A stretch of DNA of 28,839 bases from an uncultured archaeon (lineage in GTDB: Archaea > Asgardarchaeota > Heimdallarchaeia > Heimdallarchaeales > Heimdallarchaeaceae). Of this stretch, positions 23,224-28,839 are shown in pieces. Each line of letters begins with the position of its first letter. Position 1 is the first letter of the stretch. Under the pieces are notes generated by a model, which was not told the origin of the DNA, searched no databases, and worked only from the letters and a program-made list of their open reading frames with translations. The stretch spans positions 1 to 28,839 of the forward strand of contig CAZHRF010000040.1 in the NCBI GenBank assembly GCA_964534625.1. Reading direction: 5' to 3'. A program made the translations under genes and the position numbers.

Positions 23224-25596
23224 ATGAAAGAAGAGGAGCTAATCCAACTAATTGACAATAATAGGGGAGATACAGTTAATTTAAATGATGTGAAAAATAT
23301 TAAAATTTTATTAAAAAATATTTCTGATGACAATAAAACACGTTCTAAACGAATTATAAGTTTATTAGAAAAATCGCCATTTATTGCACCCCAAACAGTA
23401 CTAGATGCATATTATGAACAACCTAGCATATTATTGGGCAACTACATCAAAAATAATTTAGGCTTAGTTATCCCCTATTTATATGAACCCCTTATTGATA
23501 AAAACTATTTTTCAATATTTTCTAAATTACTTAGATCATTAAAAGCTATCACCATTCATGATAAAATAACCGAATCAGCTCAACAAGCTCCTTTATTATC
23601 TGCATTAGCTGAATTGGCTATCAGAACATTTCACGAATCTTATAAAGAAATTTCCCATTCAACCCTTTCCTTTAATCTTATTACTCGAAAAGAACATGAA
23701 TTTAGAAAATTATTAAAATTTCGGTTTAATCAAAACGACCAACACACTACAAGCCTAACTCTTCAAGCTATAAGTAAAAATCCAGAGTTAACCAAATTAG
23801 TCATTACGCAAGTAAAAGATATTATTAAAACTTCTAACAATTCAGAAAATGTCAGTGATGCAACACTTGCACTAATGAACGTACAAGATCCTCAGCATTC
23901 TGATGTTCTCATCGATCGACTTGAAAAAGAAACAGATCCGATTAATGTTCAGCTTACTATAATTGAAGCTTTAGGAAATTTGGGTAGTAAAAAAGCATGT
24001 AATGTTTTAATCAAGCAATTTGAAAGGGAAAAAGACATTGCCTATAATACAACAAAAGCTCTTTCTATGATGGGAGAAACTGCCCTTCCTGATTTAATCG
24101 AAGCTCTGAAAAACGATCAATATGTTCCTTATATTGTAGAAACCATGAAAAGGATAGGAGATGTTAGCGTTGATTACTTGATAGAAGCTTTGGAAGAGGA
24201 TAAAAAAAGTATTCGCAAAAATGCAGCACAGTGTCTCACATTAGTTATGAGCCAGAAATATGGCTATGAAGGCTCTATTACACATTTGGTCAATCAGTTA
24301 GAAGGTAAAAACAAAACCATCATTGAATCAGTTACTAATGCATTACTAGTTCTAGGTACTCCCTCAATCGAGGTACTTATTAAGTATTTGAATGATGAAG
24401 ACAGGCAGCTTCGCAATAATTCATTAAATGTTCTGAATGCTTTTGGAATAGAAAATGTAGAAATCGCACTAGATGGACTATTAGAAATCAATCCTTACCA
24501 GGCTGTAAAATTAGGCTCTTTATTGTACATCTATCATCCAATTGAAGAATATCAACAACTAGGATTAGATTTTGCTATTAAAGACGATAAATTCCGTGTT
24601 AAGCCAGAGGATGAACTTTTTGAACTGATTAGAAGAGGATTAAAAGAACCTGAACCAATTATAAGAGAAAGGACTTGTGAGATACTTTACTATTTCAAAT
24701 CAAAGGCAGTACCTTTACTTACAAATTGTCTTAATGATCATAATATTTCAGTTAAACGAAAGGCAGTTGAAATTCTTCGAAAAATCAAAAGCAAAAGAGC
24801 ACTAGTTTCTCTTATTGAAGCATCTTCTGACAACGATATAATTGTGGCTGAATTGGCCACGAGGGCATTAGGTGAATTAAAAGACCCTGGGGCATTAGTT
24901 AATATAATCGAGAATATGAAACATTCAAGTAAAAAAATACGTGATTCTGCTGTTTATGCTGCAACCCAAATAGGAACAACAGCTGTAAAGAAACTTTCTG
25001 AAGAACTAGATTCAAAAAATCAATACGTGGTGAAAAGTGTATCTGAGGCCATGGAAAAAATAGGGAATGGGGTTTTAAGAATACTGCTTCCTAAAATAGC
25101 CCGTTTTAACGATTATTGGTTTACAAATTTTGAAAAAGTGGTTAGTAAAATAGGTGAATCAAGCATTTCAATTTTACAAGAAGAATATAAAAAAGCAGAA
25201 GGGGTGAAAAAAGATAGAATTGGTATTTTGCTTGCTACAGTTCATTACAAAGAGATAATTCATGATGCTTATAATTTGGTTTGCAAAGGAAAAGATGCAG
25301 GTATTCATATGATAAATCACCTATGCAAGCGGGAACCTTCCTTATTATTAAAAGTAATAAAAGAAAGTTCCAAAAAACAGCTATTACAATTTAGTAAGAA
25401 TAGCGAAGGAGTCATTCCACAAGCACTTTACCCAACTATTAAATATCTCATTGAAAGCGGGTATGGAAAAGAAATTATAGATAATTTGCGAAAAAACAAT
25501 CGTGGAGCACTTAAAAACTACTGTAAAGAAAATAATTTAGAATATGATGATTTAAAAACAGATGATTCAGGTTTTCTTCAATCAATTTTTGGATAA
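23224..25596 (+). CDS. HEAT-repeat (PBS-lyase-like) alpha-solenoid protein
   Basis: Repeated units such as VQLTIIEALGNLGSKKACNVLI, SIRKNAAQCL, SVKRKAVEILRKIKSKRALVSLI, AELATRALGELKDPGALVNII, KIRDSAVYAATQIG. Confidence 0.88.
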   Translation: MKEEELIQLIDNNRGDTVNLNDVKNIKILLKNISDDNKTRSKRIISLLEKSPFIAPQTVLDAYYEQPSILLGNYIKNNLGLVIPYLYEPLIDKNYFSIFSKLLRSLKAITIHDKITESAQQAPLLSALAELAIRTFHESYKEISHSTLSFNLITRKEHEFRKLLKFRFNQNDQHTTSLTLQAISKNPELTKLVITQVKDIIKTSNNSENVSDATLALMNVQDPQHSDVLIDRLEKETDPINVQLTIIEALGNLGSKKACNVLIKQFEREKDIAYNTTKALSMMGETALPDLIEALKNDQYVPYIVETMKRIGDVSVDYLIEALEEDKKSIRKNAAQCLTLVMSQKYGYEGSITHLVNQLEGKNKTIIESVTNALLVLGTPSIEVLIKYLNDEDRQLRNNSLNVLNAFGIENVEIALDGLLEINPYQAVKLGSLLYIYHPIEEYQQLGLDFAIKDDKFRVKPEDELFELIRRGLKEPEPIIRERTCEILYYFKSKAVPLLTNCLNDHNISVKRKAVEILRKIKSKRALVSLIEASSDNDIIVAELATRALGELKDPGALVNIIENMKHSSKKIRDSAVYAATQIGTTAVKKLSEELDSKNQYVVKSVSEAMEKIGNGVLRILLPKIARFNDYWFTNFEKVVSKIGESSISILQEEYKKAEGVKKDRIGILLATVHYKEIIHDAYNLVCKGKDAGIHMINHLCKREPSLLLKVIKESSKKQLLQFSKNSEGVIPQALYPTIKYLIESGYGKEIIDNLRKNNRGALKNYCKENNLEYDDLKTDDSGFLQSIFG

Positions 25597-26625
25597 TAAA
25601 GCAGTCAAACCATTTTTTAATAATGTACCATTTTTAATCTTAGTTGCAAGATGATCTGCAACAAACAACCCCAAACTTAATTCAAGGTCTACAGGTATTG
25701 TTATTCTACAGATATTAGTTAATTCTGAGTAATCAAGCATTGAAGACAACTCATAGCTAGATTGGGTAAAAAGTGAAGCTAAATCAAGAAATTTTATATC
25801 TTTAGGTAGGTAGGAAAAGAGCGAATTAAAAATCCCTCTTAGTTCCATTTCTATTTCATTTTTTTCTTTCATCTCTGATTCTGCAATTATGTTTATATAA
25901 CCGCCTTGTTCGATCCAAAAAAAGAAGTTTTGAGAAATATCCACTATAGATATTTTTGGAAATTTTTCAATAACAGGCGTTAATCCACCTATAATCTTCC
26001 GTTCAGTTTTTTTATGACTGGTGTCAATTAAAAGATCATAATGAAAATGAAACTGCTCTCCAACTATTTTCTTTTTAAGCAAATCTATTTTTACTTTCTC
26101 TTCCTCTATTACCTTGACTCCCAAATTTTTAACCATCTTGAGATATTTTAATGATAAATTGAAGAGATTATCACAAATTAAAGCATTATTTATTCTAATT
26201 GCGGACACTATTTCCTCAACATCCATGATGGGTATATCTGTTTTTAGTTGTGTCTTATTGGTGATATATTCAACACTCGTATTTGCTTTTTCCAATGCAA
26301 TTTTAAGTTTCTCCGCTTTCTGTGCTTCTTTCTTACTTCTAAATAAAATGTACAAAGGATAACTAGAAAACTCAAATCCCGATGTTATCTTCAGCTCTGA
26401 TAATGCATTATAAGTAGTAATATAAATTTGACTTGCCAATTGCTCATTTAGACTATAGACTGGAAAAAGAACACTCGGGATAAATATTTCTTTTTTATTT
26501 TGTGTTAATTTTTCTTTCACTAAAACTATATCTTTATCTGTATTAGTGCTCTTTAAACAGTAAGCCATAAGGTTTGCAATAAGGCTATTCCCTATTACAC
26601 ATATGTCAAATGCTGCAGAGTTCAT
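25582..26625 (-). CDS. FAD-dependent oxidoreductase (DAO/glycine oxidase)-like protein with a degenerate dinucleotide-binding motif
   Basis: N-terminal beta-alpha-beta FDICVIGNSLIANLMAYCL...DIVLVKE; later KMVKNLGVKVIEEEKV...YDLLIDTS and C-terminal LSLGLFVADHLA follow DAO-family layout; length ~347 aa. ATG 26625 is preferred over TTG 26628. Overlaps the HEAT gene 3' end by 15 bp (convergent). Confidence 0.55.
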   Translation of the reverse strand: MNSAAFDICVIGNSLIANLMAYCLKSTNTDKDIVLVKEKLTQNKKEIFIPSVLFPVYSLNEQLASQIYITTYNALSELKITSGFEFSSYPLYILFRSKKEAQKAEKLKIALEKANTSVEYITNKTQLKTDIPIMDVEEIVSAIRINNALICDNLFNLSLKYLKMVKNLGVKVIEEEKVKIDLLKKKIVGEQFHFHYDLLIDTSHKKTERKIIGGLTPVIEKFPKISIVDISQNFFFWIEQGGYINIIAESEMKEKNEIEMELRGIFNSLFSYLPKDIKFLDLASLFTQSSYELSSMLDYSELTNICRITIPVDLELSLGLFVADHLATKIKNGTLLKNGLTALLSKN

Positions 26626-26728
26626 CAAATAAAATATGTAGAATTCAGTTTAAAAACGTGGTGAGTAAAAAATTCTTTAAGAAAAAAATGGAATTTCTAT
26701 TTTTTGTGGGTTAAGAAAAACTAGAAAT

Positions 26729-27646
26729 TTAAAGGAGTATTTTTAATGTTGTATCAACTATAAATATCAGTAAATATCCCAAAAATAACAAGAGTAATAT
26801 CTCTTTTGTCTTATAAGCCCATTCTGGACTAGGATTAATAACAATACCAATCGTTAAAATTGTTACCATAATTGCTACCAAAGAGACCAATATAGTACTA
26901 ATGACATATAAATCCGCTATTATAATACTTACTACTGCTAAAACTACTAATACACTCAAAAACCCAGCAGCTATTAATGCTGCCTTCTTTTTTCCATATT
27001 TAACAGCTATGGTTTTATTTCCAGCTGCTTTATCTCCTGGAATATCCGGCAACCCTTTAATTACTTCCCTACCAACATTTCCTGCACCTGCAGCTATCCC
27101 TACTATAGTTGGGAGCCATGGAAACGAGTTTGGGGTTAATAAATAAGAATGTATACTTCCATACGCAAAAACAGCAACAACATTTAGTCCAATCATTAGG
27201 TTCCCAACAAATCCTCTTTTTTTCAACTTAAAATTGTATAAATCCAAAGTCCCACCAAAGAATAGTGCAGTTATCACGCTAATCCCAGGAAAACCATTTC
27301 GGATATCAATTAGAGCAGCAAATAATACCCCTAAAACAGCCACAACTATAGCATAAATTACTGCGTGTTTAGTTTCTATTTTTCCTGATGGTATTGCTCT
27401 ATGAGGAGCATTGATTTTATCTTCTTTTCTATCTGCTATATCATTGAAAATCATTGCTTGAGATGACACAAAAGTTGCACTCAGTACTACAAATATAATA
27501 GTCACCCAATCTAAGGTTGCTTCTTTAGGGTTGGCAAGTAAGATGGCAAATGTCGCAGCAAATCCTGCTATAATACCATTTAACATCCGCAAAATTTCTA
27601 GATAAGCAAGAAATATAGTCTTCTTTGAATGTCTCGTTTCATTCAT
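26729..27646 (-). CDS. Digeranylgeranylglyceryl phosphate synthase (UbiA prenyltransferase family)
   Basis: AYLEILR; NDIADRKEDKINAPHRAIPSG (first Asp-rich motif); YNFKLKK..FVGN; GREVIKGLPDIPGD...KTIAVKYG (second motif); multiple TM segments. Confidence 0.88.
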   Translation of the reverse strand: MNETRHSKKTIFLAYLEILRMLNGIIAGFAATFAILLANPKEATLDWVTIIFVVLSATFVSSQAMIFNDIADRKEDKINAPHRAIPSGKIETKHAVIYAIVVAVLGVLFAALIDIRNGFPGISVITALFFGGTLDLYNFKLKKRGFVGNLMIGLNVVAVFAYGSIHSYLLTPNSFPWLPTIVGIAAGAGNVGREVIKGLPDIPGDKAAGNKTIAVKYGKKKAALIAAGFLSVLVVLAVVSIIIADLYVISTILVSLVAIMVTILTIGIVINPSPEWAYKTKEILLLLFLGYLLIFIVDTTLKILL

Positions 27647-27728
27647 AATCAGATAAAAGAAAGGTTAAATTTAAACTTTTTATGCAGATAAAAACACCTT
27701 TTCTAGGTTGATGAATAAATTTCAAACA

Positions 27729-27881
27729 TTAAAAATTAATAGATAGATCAAGTGTTTCGATTTCTTCTTCCTTTACGCCCTTTAATGAACCAGTATAACT
27801 TTTAACTAGCTTTGCTAATAACTCTTTCATAAACGGATTCATAGGAACATTTTTCCCATTTATTTCTAAATTTAACTCCAT
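27729..27881 (-). CDS. 50-aa small protein resembling the C-terminal domain of archaeal MobB
   Basis: Translated by hand: MELNLEINGKNVPMNPFMKELLAKLVKSYTGSLKGVKEEEIETLDLSINF*. GGTGG SD-like sequence upstream; fills the gap between co-oriented genes; the pattern L.INGK.VP.NPF...L......SLKG recalls the MobB C-terminal domain. Confidence 0.75.
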   Translation of the reverse strand: MELNLEINGKNVPMNPFMKELLAKLVKSYTGSLKGVKEEEIETLDLSINF

Positions 27882-27900
27882 TTTAACCACCGCACCGAAT

Positions 27901-27920
27901 AAAGAAAAAAGAAAAAAAGA
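27901..27920 (-). terminator. Oligo-T tract after the coiled-coil gene
   Basis: A-runs on + (T-runs on -) immediately after the stop at 27922. Confidence 0.35.
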
Positions 27921-27921
27921 T

Positions 27922-28746
27922 TTATTTTAGCTTTATTGTGGGATTAGGGTCGTCTTTCCCATGCATTTCTACTTCCACTAGTCCAGCTGCTTCTAATTTT
28001 TGTACATATTTCAATATTGCATGTGTAGAAGCTCCCGCGGACATAGCTAATCTTTTTAATTCTATTACTTTATATTGTTCTAGAGTATTTAGCCATGAAT
28101 ATGTAGGATCGGTCTCTGCTATTATGTTAAATCTTCTTAACGCCTCTTCATTAGTTCTTAGTTTTTCTTTTATTTCTTCGATCTTTGCTCTTTCTTTCAT
28201 CAATTCCGTATTTTTATTTTCCAACTCAGCATTTGCTACTTCTAGTTCTTGTATCTTTGTATCTAAATCTGATTTTTCTTGCTCTAATTTGGAAAGTTGA
28301 TCCTTTAAATCGTCTATTTCTTGTTGCTTGCTTTGTTCTTTCTCTTTTAATGACGTTATCTCTCTTTGCAAAGTGCTTATTTCTTCATCTTTCTGAACTA
28401 ACTGATTTTTAACATCTTGTAATTCATTTTCTTTATTTTCTAGTTGTGTATTTAATTCTTTATTGGTCTCTTTAAGAGTTGTAAGCTCTTCTTCTAATTT
28501 ATCGCTAGTAGAGACTTTTTCTTCTAGTTCAGATGATTTTTCCTCCATTGTACTTTGCTCTCCTTCGAGCACTTCACTTTTTTCTTCCAATTGGGCATTT
28601 TTTTCTTCACACAAAGACAATTGTTCTTCTAACTTCTTTACCTTGTTTTCAAGTTCAGTTATTTTTATCGTATTACTCACGGAACTTTGGTCTTCAGATC
28701 TTTTTTCAATTTGAGGTACTTCAGGTTGTTTATTTTCTTCTGACAT
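27922..28746 (-). CDS. Long coiled-coil protein with a C-terminal winged-helix domain
   Basis: E/K/Q/L heptad pattern over ~180 aa, then DPTYSWLNTLEQYKVIELKRLAMSAGASTHAILKYVQKLEAAGLVEVE (wHTH-like). AGGTGA SD upstream of ATG 28746. Confidence 0.75.
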   Translation of the reverse strand: MSEENKQPEVPQIEKRSEDQSSVSNTIKITELENKVKKLEEQLSLCEEKNAQLEEKSEVLEGEQSTMEEKSSELEEKVSTSDKLEEELTTLKETNKELNTQLENKENELQDVKNQLVQKDEEISTLQREITSLKEKEQSKQQEIDDLKDQLSKLEQEKSDLDTKIQELEVANAELENKNTELMKERAKIEEIKEKLRTNEEALRRFNIIAETDPTYSWLNTLEQYKVIELKRLAMSAGASTHAILKYVQKLEAAGLVEVEMHGKDDPNPTIKLK

Positions 28747-28839
28747 ATTTGGTCACCTTATGAATCATAAAAGTTCAATTCTAATAAAAATGATGTTTGA
28801 AAGCTTACTTAAATATTTTGAATGTTTTATGAAAAAAAA

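Noticed and set aside
2360-28763. Remaining short ORFs nested in or antisense to long genes (e.g. 2360, 5954, 6842, 7014, 9800, 10076, 11258, 11774, 13334, 14096, 18016, 19960, 22207, 22845, 23091, 24294, 26114, 26901, 27938, 28185, 28463, 28533)
   Set aside because: They overlap well-supported genes, show no recognisable motifs, and many have the S/F/L/I-rich composition typical of antisense shadows.
1-28839. CRISPR array, tRNA or rRNA genes
   Set aside because: No regularly spaced repeats and no GC-rich structured segment were seen; the intergenic regions are short and AT-rich.

Overview
AT-rich archaeal window, most consistent with an Asgard archaeon (Heimdallarchaeia-like; inferred from DGGGP synthase, a two-subunit topoisomerase VI, a Rab-like small GTPase and other eukaryote-like proteins). 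The + strand carries pyruvate kinase; a degenerate tubulin/FtsZ-fold protein; a CD36/SR-B-like two-TM protein with an inserted LVIVD-type beta-propeller; a giant (~4,150 aa) topoisomerase VI subunit B whose normal ~550-aa core is followed by ~3,550 aa of roughly 50-57 tandem RNAP-alpha-CTD/RadA-N-like helix-hairpin-helix units; a translationally coupled Top6A/Spo11; a CPBP (Rce1/Abi) membrane protease coupled to a Rab-like GTPase; and a HEAT-repeat protein. The - strand carries a decayed IS200/IS605 tnpB remnant with its left-end hairpin (not in the ORF track), a degenerate FAD-oxidoreductase-like protein, DGGGP synthase, a 50-aa MobB-CTD-like ORF (not in the ORF track) and a coiled-coil/winged-helix protein. 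The standout candidate for a new system is the giant HhH-array topoisomerase VI, followed by the archaeal CD36-like receptor and the pseudo-tubulin. All family assignments come from motif recognition by eye; no searches were run.
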